Shown here: positions 39,095-47,321 of the stretch, piece after piece
Numbering within the stretch: the stretch's first letter is position 1
How the letters are laid out: every line of letters starts with the position of its first letter
Origin: Cytophagales bacterium
Lineage (GTDB): Bacteria; Bacteroidota; Bacteroidia; Cytophagales; UBA9547
NCBI GenBank assembly: GCA_043769845.1
Contig: JAYVIX010000200.1
Span: 1-49,842 of the forward strand
Direction of reading: 5' to 3'
Length of the DNA: 49,842 nucleotides
Translations under genes and position numbers: made by a program
Notes under the pieces: generated by a model
Databases searched by the model: none
Seen by the model: only the letters and a program-made list of their open reading frames with translations
Told to the model about the DNA's origin: nothing

Positions 39095-39360
39095 AAACAT
39101 TTTAATAGATCAGTACTTTAATGGTTAAGGCAAATTGCATCACGAAGACAAAATTGCAATAAGCCGTTTAAGACTACTTTACGCATAATTATTTTATACT
39201 ACAAATTACACGCCAACTGTTTTCGTGGGATCGCTGCTTGGTAGCCAATTTGTATCGTACCTTACGGTTTCTTCTTAGAAAATAAACATTTCAAGATTCG
39301 GCTCATCTGCTACTTATCTTGAGTATTCGGTTAAAATTAAAGAATTCGTTTCTTTGCACC

Positions 39361-40953
39361 ATGGAACAAAACTTCTCGCGCACCAACAAAAAACAAGGCT
39401 CAAAAACCTCTTCAGTTGCCGACATGGCTTTGTCGTTTGGCAAATTGCCCCCTCAAAACCTCGAGGCCGAAGAAGCTGTGCTTGGTGCGCTGATGATAGA
39501 AAAAGGCTCAATGCCAATTGTGCAAGAAATCTTGCGTCCGGTGAGTTTCTACAAAGAAGCGCATAGAATAATATATGAAATAATTATCACTTTGGATAGC
39601 CGTGGCGATCCGGTCGATTTGCTAACGGTAACGAATGAATTGCGTAAAAACTCTCAGCTCGATTTTGTGGGGGGGCCTTATTATTTGGTTGAACTGACGC
39701 AACGTGTGAGTTCGGCTGCCAACTTAGAATTTCACTCAAGGATCGTTTCTGAAAATTTCATCAAGAGAGAGTTGATAAAAATTTCATCAGAAATAACCAA
39801 AAATTCTTTTGATTACACTACAGATGTTTTTGAACTTTTGGATCATGCACAACAGCAAATCTTCGAAATTGTAGAATCGAACCTGAAAAAGAAATATGCA
39901 AGTATTCGTGACATTTTGCATCAAGCGATTCAGGAATTAGAAATAAAGAAAAACAATGATGGCGGGCTGACTGGTGTACCAAGTGGCTTTACCGATTTGG
40001 ACAGAATTACTTCGGGTTGGCAAAAGTCTGATTTAGTGATTATTGCAGCAAGACCCGGAATGGGAAAAACGGCCTTTGTTGTATCGGCCATGCGAAATGC
40101 TGCAGTGCAATTTGGCAAAGGTGTGGCTTTGTTTTCGCTTGAAATGTCATCGGTACAGTTGATTAATCGTCTTATTTCGGCCGAAGCAGAACTTGCAAGT
40201 GAAAAAATCACGAAAGGAAAATTGGAACCATACGAATGGGAGCGTTTGCACGAACGAATCAGCAAACTGAGCGATGCTCCTATTTATGTAGACGATACGC
40301 CTGCACTGAGTATCATGGAGTTGCGTGCCAAATGCCGTCAATTGAAAACGCAGTATGACATCCAAATGATTATTGTCGACTATTTGCAGTTGATGCGAGG
40401 AAACGATACAGGTAAGGGAGGAATGACCAATCGTGAACAAGAAATTGGTCAGATTTCACGTGGATTAAAAGGATTGGCAAAGGAATTAAGCGTGCCTGTG
40501 ATTGCACTTTCGCAGCTAAGTCGTGCGACCGAAACACGTGGTGGCGACAAACGACCAATGCTCTCCGATTTGCGTGAATCTGGATCTATCGAGCAAGATG
40601 CCGACATGGTAATATTCCTTTATCGTCCTGAATACTATGGCATTGAGGTGGACGAAGACAATAATCCGACTAAAGGCACAGGCGAAGTAATCATTGCCAA
40701 ACACAGAAATGGCTCACTCGATACAGTCAAACTTCGTTTCATTGGGCAGTTTACCAAGTTTGCCGATTTGGACAGTGGCTATGGCGAACCGATGGGCGAA
40801 TCGACCAATTCGTGGAGCAGCTTCCCCGCCTCGGCTGGTGGACAAGAATTTATCACCCTTCCCAGCAAAGGAAATATTGATACTAGCAAAGACGATGGCT
40901 TCGGGATCGAAGACCGATTTAAAGGAAGCGGGGAAGATGAAGTACCTTTTTAA
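39361..40953 (+). CDS. dnaB: Replicative DNA helicase DnaB with an acidic/Gly-rich C-terminal extension
   Basis: The N-terminus is PPQNLEAEEAVLGALM. Walker A is ARPGMGKTAF, with IVDYLQLM and ALSQLSR motifs. I moved the start to the ATG at 39361. Confidence 0.95.
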   Translation: MEQNFSRTNKKQGSKTSSVADMALSFGKLPPQNLEAEEAVLGALMIEKGSMPIVQEILRPVSFYKEAHRIIYEIIITLDSRGDPVDLLTVTNELRKNSQLDFVGGPYYLVELTQRVSSAANLEFHSRIVSENFIKRELIKISSEITKNSFDYTTDVFELLDHAQQQIFEIVESNLKKKYASIRDILHQAIQELEIKKNNDGGLTGVPSGFTDLDRITSGWQKSDLVIIAARPGMGKTAFVVSAMRNAAVQFGKGVALFSLEMSSVQLINRLISAEAELASEKITKGKLEPYEWERLHERISKLSDAPIYVDDTPALSIMELRAKCRQLKTQYDIQMIIVDYLQLMRGNDTGKGGMTNREQEIGQISRGLKGLAKELSVPVIALSQLSRATETRGGDKRPMLSDLRESGSIEQDADMVIFLYRPEYYGIEVDEDNNPTKGTGEVIIAKHRNGSLDTVKLRFIGQFTKFADLDSGYGEPMGESTNSWSSFPASAGGQEFITLPSKGNIDTSKDDGFGIEDRFKGSGEDEVPF

Positions 40954-40994
40954 ACATTGATTTTCAATCAGTTAATCTACATTATTTTTACACC

Positions 40995-41582
40995 ATGGAT
41001 TCTTCTTTGATTTCCACCGTACTTTTGCCACTTGCTCTGGCTATTATCATGTTGGGGCTCGGACTTGCGCTCACACTCAATGATTTCAAACGAATTATCA
41101 TTTCACCTAAAGCCGTTTTTGTAGGTTCGATCACACAATTGGTCGTATTGCCTGCGCTTGGGATGTTGATAAAATCGAAATTTGAAAGTTTTGCCAACAA
41201 AGCACAATCGCCTGTAAAAATCCTGTCGGCTGTATTTTTGGTCTTAATTATAGTAACCGCTATTCTGAAAGAGAAATCAAACATTGCTGAATTCTTTGCA
41301 GTAGCAGGCCCAGCGGTACTATTGCTCAATTTGTCGGGAATGACCATCGGCTATTTTCTGCCTTTGATTTTCAAACTAAATTCAAGCCAACAACTCACAA
41401 TCAGTATCGAAACGAGCATCCAAAACGGCACACTGGCCATCGGGATTGCAAGCAGCCCGATGATGCTAAACAATTCGACCATGGCCATTCCGGCAGCCGT
41501 TTATAGTATTATCATGTTTGTCACGGCAGGCATATTTATTTCAATCCTGAATAAAAGACGAAAAAACAATGCATCGGTTTAA
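40995..41582 (+). pseudogene. Bile acid:sodium symporter (BASS) family gene with an apparent in-frame internal deletion
   Basis: Only 195 aa, versus about 290-320 aa for the family. The N-terminus (LPLALAIIMLGLGLALTLNDFKRIIISPKAV…QLVVLPALG) and C-terminus (…TISIETSIQNGTLAIGIA…AIPAAVYSIIM) look BASS-like. The central CPGG…SN…GD.ALS core is missing. Confidence 0.5.
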
Positions 41583-41600
41583 TGATTCAATTAGCAATAA

Positions 41601-42098
41601 ATTGATTTCTCGAAGTCACCAAAAATCCTAATCAATGGCGCAACTGGTTCAATTGGTACTGCATGTGTGCAGTTGGCACACTTTTATGGCGCAGAAATTA
41701 CGGCCATATGCGATACTCAAGTTGTGCAATTGGTAAAATTGTTGGGTGCTGACGTTGTGATTGATTATACCAAAGAAGATTTCACCAAGATTGCAAAAGA
41801 GTATGATTTTGTGCTGGATACGGTCGGGAAAAGTTCGTTCTTCAAATGCAAACACCTGCTGAAACGGAAAGGAGTTTATATTTCGACTGAACTTGGCTAC
41901 TTGTCGCAAAACATATTTCTGGCATTGTTCACTCCCCTATTTTGTGGCAAAAAAGTAAAGTTTCCTATTCCTCCAGACAGTAAAGAAGACATTATTCGAT
42001 TCAAAGAATTGATTGAATCAGGAAACTACAAAGCCGTGATAGACAAAACATATCCTCTGGAGTAAATTGTGGAAGCAACAAAGTATGTAATTAAGTAA
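41601..42098 (+). pseudogene. Fragment of an MDR-superfamily NAD(P)-dependent oxidoreductase (quinone oxidoreductase/ADH-like)
   Basis: The frame opens right after a stop at 41598-41600 with …KILINGATGSIGTACVQLAHFYGAEITAIC…, a Rossmann GxGxxG fold with no catalytic N-domain. An in-frame TAA at 42063 is followed by IVEATKYVIK*, the expected continuation. The fragment is therefore 5'-truncated, nonsense-interrupted and 3'-truncated. Confidence 0.65.
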
Positions 42099-42449
42099 CT
42101 GCGAACCAACCCGTTCTATCGACATGGAAATGATTCTTTTATTCAATTCTGTTTTATGTTGAAGGTAAAAATTCGTTTCTTCAACATTAAAATGCCCACA
42201 TAATAAACCAATTGTGAAGGAACGAAAACTGATTTCTTTTTGAAAGGTTGCATGAATCACTTCTCTCCTTTTGTTTGATTCCAATTTCTCCCAATGTATT
42301 TTTTTATCAATAAGTTGAATTTGAAAAAAACTGATTAACAACTCATTTTGCATTTTCAGAATAGGTCGCAGCGTTAGGTTTTGAAACTTCTCCATATCGG
42401 TATCAGCTTCTTTTTCAAAAGCGATAATTGGTCTTGTGGTATCTTTCAT
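42018..42449 (-). CDS. Hypothetical protein; its 3' end reads into the antisense strand of the dehydrogenase fragment
   Basis: Likely start is MKDTTRPIIAFEKEADTDMEKFQNLTLRPILKMQNELL… (ATG at 42449). The last roughly 27 codons overlap 42018-42098 antisense to the ADH remnant, which suggests a chimeric or truncated C-terminus. Confidence 0.4.
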   Translation of the reverse strand: MKDTTRPIIAFEKEADTDMEKFQNLTLRPILKMQNELLISFFQIQLIDKKIHWEKLESNKRREVIHATFQKEISFRSFTIGLLCGHFNVEETNFYLQHKTELNKRIISMSIERVGSQLLNYILCCFHNLLQRICFVYHGFVVS

Positions 42450-42509
42450 CTCTTCACAACCGAGCAAGTGGTATATTTGTTGCAGACAAACAAGGTTTAT
42501 CCTACCATC

Positions 42510-42728
42510 ATGGAACTCATCACCTTTAGAACCTTCAACAATCCGATTGAGGCACATCTGCTCAGAACCAAACTGGAAAGTGAAGGCATTCCATCTTTCT
42601 TGTTTGACGAGAATATGATGGCATTTAATCCCTTCTATAATTCGGCCTTGGGTGGCGTAAAACTAAAAATCAACAAGTTGGATTTGGAGAAAGTGGAGGA
42701 GATATTGAGGGATACGGAAAGCGAATAG
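42510..42728 (+). CDS. DUF2007 (putative signal-transducing) domain protein
   Basis: MELITFRTFNNPIEAHLLRTKLESEGIPSFLFDENMMAFNPFYNSALGGVKLKI is the typical DUF2007 pattern. I moved the start to the ATG at 42510. Confidence 0.65.
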   Translation: MELITFRTFNNPIEAHLLRTKLESEGIPSFLFDENMMAFNPFYNSALGGVKLKINKLDLEKVEEILRDTESE

Positions 42729-42813
42729 TTTTTTGGATAAACATTACCATCTACCTTTAAAATTTTGGTAACTATTCCACTAAAATTTCAACTGTAATAA
42801 CAAATAGATTTTG

Positions 42814-44574
42814 TCACAGGGAGTCTATTATTTCTTTTAGCTTGTTAATATAGTTATCGTATTCTGTCTTAATTGATTCTTTTGTTAGTGTTTCTGCAAG
42901 ATGATTTTTAAATGACTGTTTCTTTTCTTTGTCTTTATTAACTGCTAACTCGATATTGCTTATTGCACTTTTGGTTATATCATATTTATAATTTTGATTA
43001 CCTGTTTTTTTTATTTGAGTTTCAATATGTTCTGGATTGACAAAATCTTCCATAGTTAGCATTCCGTCACATACATCGGCATAAGAGACCCAGATATCTT
43101 TGTATTCAGGATAGTTTTTGCAAAAATCAGCTTTCTTATTTTTGGACGTTTCATCAGAATCTGCCACTATTACAAATTTCTTATTAGCTAATAAGAGTAT
43201 TTGAACCAGAGTTTCTGCCCCTGAAATGCCTCCTAAATAAACCATACCATATTCTTTGAATAATTTATCCTTGTTTTGAAAAGTACAGTATTTGTTAAAA
43301 AGTAACTTATCAAGATACCCTTCAAAAATAATATTTTTAGGTTGCAAACATTCAAATATACTTGAACCAACAGCTCTTCTCAATAATTCATCTGTACTAA
43401 AAGGTGCATTTTTATTTTCTTTTCTTATTGTGGTTATATCATCTACTTTCTCTACTATGTAATGCCTTTCTAAATTGGAAGTGTCAATCATATATTGACA
43501 GTGGGTAGAGTAGATTATTTTTGATTTCTTACTCATTTCCAATAACTCGTCACGTAAATACTGTGCACTTGTAGGATATAAGCTTTGGTCAGGTTCGTCT
43601 ATCAGAATAATATCCTTTTCATGAATCCTATTGGCTCTTGACTGAGTTGAAAGCATCAATAAAATACTAATAAACTTTTTGAATCCTTCACTTCGGTCTT
43701 CAAATGAATACTTAGCCTTATTTGCTACTTTTATCAATATTTCATCTCCGTTTGGTTGTAATTGAATAGATGTATTTTTAAAATCCTTCCAAATTTTATG
43801 AAAAGTTGATGTTAAAGTTTTTGATACTTGTTCAAGCAAATTTGCATAATCACCATCTTGAGAAAGTGCATCTGCAAATTCTTTTTTAATGTTGTCCCTT
43901 TTGCAAAGGAAAAAGATATTTTCTAACCCTTTTATACTTTCTGGCTCAGAAATAAAACTTGCAATGTTTACACTACTTGGCAACAAGTAATTGTCACTGT
44001 ATTCCCAGTAGTGGCAATTGTACTTGTTTTCGCTGAAAAGTTCTTTTACAATTTCAAATATTGATAAGCTTAAATTAAATTCAGTTGCATTCGCTAAAGG
44101 TTCTAATGATAAAACATTACCATTTAAATAAAGAGGAATAACTATTTTAAAATCATCTTTATTATATCTCCAATAAGAAAAATGGGCGTTTTTTTCATCA
44201 GCAATATCAATTTGAATTATAAGATTATAAAAAACAGCTTTGATATACGATCCAATATTTTGGCTATTCTTAAATTTAATTAGATTGGTGTTGCTATATT
44301 TTTTTTGAAATCTTTGGAGAATTTGCTTAAAATCATCTTCACTTAGCTTGTAAATTGCCCTTACGAAATATTCATCGATTTTTTCATTGTCAATTCGTTT
44401 TCTTTTGTCTTTGTTACTAACAGTATACTTTCCGAACACAGCAGCTATTGCCTTTAGTACGTTGCTTTTTCCTGCCTCATTTTTCCCTAACAGGACAATA
44501 CAATTATGTTCAAAATGTATATTTTCATCTTTTATTGATCTAAAGTTTTTAATAGCTACTCTTATTAATTCCAT
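42814..44574 (-). CDS. OLD-family nuclease (ABC-type ATPase + TOPRIM), stand-alone
   Basis: 586 aa. N-terminus IKNFRSIKD…; Walker A LLGKNEAGKSNVL; signature-like RSEGFKKFISILLML; Walker B DIILIDEPDQSLYP; H-loop IYSTHCQ. The TOPRIM Glu is in NIIFEGYLDKLLF and the DxD in FVIVADSDETS. The gene is very AT-rich compared with its neighbours. Confidence 0.75.
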   Translation of the reverse strand: MELIRVAIKNFRSIKDENIHFEHNCIVLLGKNEAGKSNVLKAIAAVFGKYTVSNKDKRKRIDNEKIDEYFVRAIYKLSEDDFKQILQRFQKKYSNTNLIKFKNSQNIGSYIKAVFYNLIIQIDIADEKNAHFSYWRYNKDDFKIVIPLYLNGNVLSLEPLANATEFNLSLSIFEIVKELFSENKYNCHYWEYSDNYLLPSSVNIASFISEPESIKGLENIFFLCKRDNIKKEFADALSQDGDYANLLEQVSKTLTSTFHKIWKDFKNTSIQLQPNGDEILIKVANKAKYSFEDRSEGFKKFISILLMLSTQSRANRIHEKDIILIDEPDQSLYPTSAQYLRDELLEMSKKSKIIYSTHCQYMIDTSNLERHYIVEKVDDITTIRKENKNAPFSTDELLRRAVGSSIFECLQPKNIIFEGYLDKLLFNKYCTFQNKDKLFKEYGMVYLGGISGAETLVQILLLANKKFVIVADSDETSKNKKADFCKNYPEYKDIWVSYADVCDGMLTMEDFVNPEHIETQIKKTGNQNYKYDITKSAISNIELAVNKDKEKKQSFKNHLAETLTKESIKTEYDNYINKLKEIIDSL

Positions 44575-44601
44575 TTCGATTTTATTTGTAATGTCCTATT
44601 T

Positions 44602-44609
44602 CAAACCTA
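44602..44609 (-). promoter_or_regulatory. Candidate Bacteroidota sigma-A -7 box (TAnnTTTG) upstream of the OLD-like gene
   Basis: The minus strand reads TAGGTTTG about 28-35 nt upstream of the ATG at 44574. I found no clean -33 TTTG element. Confidence 0.25.
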
Positions 44610-44734
44610 CAAATAAATTCTTTAAAACTAATTAATACATTCACGTGTACTTTAATAAATAACCCAGTTAGCCGCAAGGCATCCGTGAATAGGCAATGAT
44701 TGGTCAGTCAAACTTTAAATGAAGGTCGTGAAAT

Positions 44735-44767
44735 ACCGCTGACAGGACTCAAAACCCTGTCAGCGGT
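44735..44767 (-). terminator. Hairpin downstream of the TonB-dependent receptor gene
   Basis: Perfect 12-bp stem ACCGCTGACAGG / CCTGTCAGCGGT with a 9-nt loop, 6 nt after the stop. Only a weak T-run follows on the minus strand. Confidence 0.6.
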
Positions 44768-44772
44768 AAGCT

Positions 44773-47163
44773 TTAAAACTGCACCCTATACCCCAAGTAA
44801 GGATACAAGCCCATTTGGTAATAGGTTCTTATTTCTTGCTTGTCGTTGTCCCAACTTCTGTCCATGATGTTTTGGGTGTTCAGCAAGTTGTCGGCTGCGA
44901 TGAAGATGTTGTGCGTGCTTTTGGCTTTGTTGATATTGTACGACACCTTCAAGTCGGTACGGAAGTAGCTGGGTAACTGCTTCTCGTAGGCACGGGCAAA
45001 ATCGTACACCGCCTTGTCTTGTTTGATAGATTCTTTGGTATCAATCTCGATGTACCTGCGTCCACCTGAATGCGTCAACTTCATGTCTACCGAAATCACT
45101 CTTCGGTTCTTGTCGTCCAAGTGGAACTCTTTGCCAGCCAATACATTGAATACGTGCCCAATATTGAAAGCAGTGTTGCGTTCCTTGCCGTCAGGTGTTT
45201 TGTAGCGCGAATTGAGTAGCGAGAGGTTGGCAAGGAAATAGAAGTTGTGGGCAAAGCTTTTTTCCAAGCTCAATTCTACCCCATAGTTCTGTCCCGTCCC
45301 CGTGTTTTTCAAGCTATCCGCCACATAGAAACCAAAGTCGCCCCCAGTATTCAATGGCGAATACACAGTAGCAAAGTCACGCCTCGACTGGCTCAACGGA
45401 ACATTGTATAAGTGTTGGTAATAGGCTTCCGCTTTCAGTCTCACGTTTTGCGAAAGGCTGCGATGGTAGCCCGCTACCACATGCAAGGCACGAGTCAAAT
45501 CCACGTTCTTGTTCGACTGTTTGTATCGCGCGGTGGTGCTGTCGTAAAATTGGTAGTCGTAAATAAAGAGCGACTGCGTTTGGCTATGCAAGCCGGAAGC
45601 CAAAGTAAACCGTTGACGTTCGCCCAATTCATAGGCCATCGAGATACGTGGTTCTAGGGCTTGGGTATTGTTCAGGAGAAAGCGTTGGTAGTACAAACCA
45701 GCATTGGCAATGATGCGGTCGCTGATGCGGTATTGCCAGTGGGTAAACGTTTGTAGCAATCCTGCATTGGCCTTGTTGTTCAGTCCTTCCACACGAGCGC
45801 TATCGTATTCATCGTAATAATTCTCAAATATTTTATAGTAGATGTTGCGATAGGTTCCGCCCACTTTCACCATATGACGCGAGTTGAAACGGTGCGTAAG
45901 CGTATAGTTACCAATGTGTTGCCCTTCGGTATTGGTGTGGTCGTAATCTTCGATTTTAGAATCGTCTTTGTAAATGGTGGCACTTTTTATACCCACTCTG
46001 TTGGCCGAAGTAGAAAGCACCAGTTTGCCAGTAGTGTTCTTCGAAAATTGGTAGGTATGCGAAGCTCCTGTGGCAAACATTTCAGATTTGAAGTCATCGT
46101 CCTCGTAAGCAATGTTTCGTTTATTGTTCTCGTTTGGATATTTCTCGTGGATAAAAATCTTGCTCGTTCCGCCTATTCCCCAAAGGGTAAATGTTCCAGC
46201 TTTGTCGGTAGGAAGATTGATCTTGAAAGTGGCATCGTGAAAAGAAGGAATGCCCGACACGCCAAAGTTCACGCCCAATTTATTCATCACCTCAAATGAG
46301 AGGAAACGATAGCTCACCAAATACGAGCTTCCTTTTTTCTTCGAAATAGGACCTTCTGTTCCAAATTCGATGCCGTTTAGTCCTGCTTGGAAAATATTTT
46401 CACGTTTTTGGTTGTTTCCGTTGCGCAATTTCACATCAAACACGGCAGCCGTTTTGTTTCCATACTCGGCAGGAAATGCGCCTGTGATGAAGTCGGAATT
46501 AGCTAAAAGGTTGTTGTTCAAAATACTGAAAACACCGCCTGTAGCACCCGTAGATGTGAAATGGTTGGGATTGGGAATATCTACTCCTTCCAATCGCCAG
46601 AGCACACCAGTAGGCGAATTGCCTCGCACGATGATGTCGTTGCGCGAATCGCCCGCACTGGCCACACCCGCATAGTTGGCCGCCATGCGACTAGGGTCTT
46701 GCCTCGAACCCGCAAAACGGTTGATGTCTTCCGTCCGCAAGTTAGTGACACTGGACTGGATGAGATTGTTGTTCGCCTGAGAAGAGTTTTTCTTCGCCAC
46801 CACCACTACTTCATCGCTCGTGATTATTTCTTCTTCCATGCTGATGTTGAGAATGGTTTCTTTTCCCGAATTGACCGTCACATTGGGAATCAGAATTTCC
46901 TTGTAGCCCATGAACGAAATCTTGATAGTATGTCGACCTACAGGAACTTTTCGCAGGGTGTAATTGCCGTTGGTATCGGCCATGGTGGCGATAACAGGAT
47001 CCACATCTACCACCTGTACCACAGCACCGGGCATGGAAGTTTGTACCACTTTGTCCAACACCGTACCACGCACGGTTTGGGTCAGCGGCTCAGAATTGTG
47101 TTGCGCTTTTGCGCTGAAAAAAAGGCATGGCAATGCCAGGAGAAGGAAAATGTGCTTCTTCAT
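44773..47163 (-). CDS. TonB-dependent receptor with an N-terminal CarboxypepD_reg domain and no STN domain
   Basis: 796 aa. Signal peptide, then TVRGTVLD…TNGNYTLRKVPVGRHTIKISFMGY (CarboxypepD_reg). The plug region shows RFAGSRQDPSRMAANYAGV…IIVRGNSP. The barrel ends in …LGYRVQF. Confidence 0.85.
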   Translation of the reverse strand: MKKHIFLLLALPCLFFSAKAQHNSEPLTQTVRGTVLDKVVQTSMPGAVVQVVDVDPVIATMADTNGNYTLRKVPVGRHTIKISFMGYKEILIPNVTVNSGKETILNISMEEEIITSDEVVVVAKKNSSQANNNLIQSSVTNLRTEDINRFAGSRQDPSRMAANYAGVASAGDSRNDIIVRGNSPTGVLWRLEGVDIPNPNHFTSTGATGGVFSILNNNLLANSDFITGAFPAEYGNKTAAVFDVKLRNGNNQKRENIFQAGLNGIEFGTEGPISKKKGSSYLVSYRFLSFEVMNKLGVNFGVSGIPSFHDATFKINLPTDKAGTFTLWGIGGTSKIFIHEKYPNENNKRNIAYEDDDFKSEMFATGASHTYQFSKNTTGKLVLSTSANRVGIKSATIYKDDSKIEDYDHTNTEGQHIGNYTLTHRFNSRHMVKVGGTYRNIYYKIFENYYDEYDSARVEGLNNKANAGLLQTFTHWQYRISDRIIANAGLYYQRFLLNNTQALEPRISMAYELGERQRFTLASGLHSQTQSLFIYDYQFYDSTTARYKQSNKNVDLTRALHVVAGYHRSLSQNVRLKAEAYYQHLYNVPLSQSRRDFATVYSPLNTGGDFGFYVADSLKNTGTGQNYGVELSLEKSFAHNFYFLANLSLLNSRYKTPDGKERNTAFNIGHVFNVLAGKEFHLDDKNRRVISVDMKLTHSGGRRYIEIDTKESIKQDKAVYDFARAYEKQLPSYFRTDLKVSYNINKAKSTHNIFIAADNLLNTQNIMDRSWDNDKQEIRTYYQMGLYPYLGYRVQF

Positions 47164-47168
47164 GAGTT

Positions 47169-47319
47169 ATGAATTATGAGTTATGAATTATGAATATTTT
47201 TGTTCTGTGTGCCACAGAACATGGTAAGGAAATATTGAATTGAGAATAAGAGTTATGAGAGTTTAAAGAATTGAAGCGTAGCAAATCGCCCCATTCATCA
47301 TTCATAACTCATCATTCAT
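47169..47319. repeat. 27-bp inverted repeat pair (2 mismatches) bracketing the intergenic region between the STN protein and the receptor
   Basis: ATGAATTATGAGTTATGAATTATGAAT (47169-47195) compares with the reverse complement of 47293-47319, ATGAATGATGAGTTATGAATGATGAAT. An internal 8-bp hairpin GTTCTGTG/CACAGAAC lies at 47202-47220. Confidence 0.85.
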
Positions 47320-47321
47320 CA

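Noticed and set aside
39319-39360. The upstream extension of dnaB (MSIRLKLKNSFLCT).
   Set aside because: The extension starts at a non-ATG codon and is not DnaB-like. The ATG at 39361 gives the usual N-terminus preceding PPQNLEAEEAVLGALM.
42814-44574. Calling the ATPase-TOPRIM gene GajA of a Gabija system, or AriA/AriB of PARIS.
   Set aside because: No UvrD-like helicase gene (GajB) or separate DUF4435 gene is adjacent on either side. The neighbours are a DUF2007 gene on the opposite strand and a terminator-bounded receptor gene. Only the generic OLD-family call is supported.
47202-47220. A GCCACAG-containing hairpin upstream of a TonB-dependent receptor could be a cobalamin riboswitch B12 box.
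   Set aside because: The receptor is on the minus strand, so the transcript does not carry GCCACTG. The leader is only about 158 nt and lacks the other conserved cobalamin riboswitch elements.
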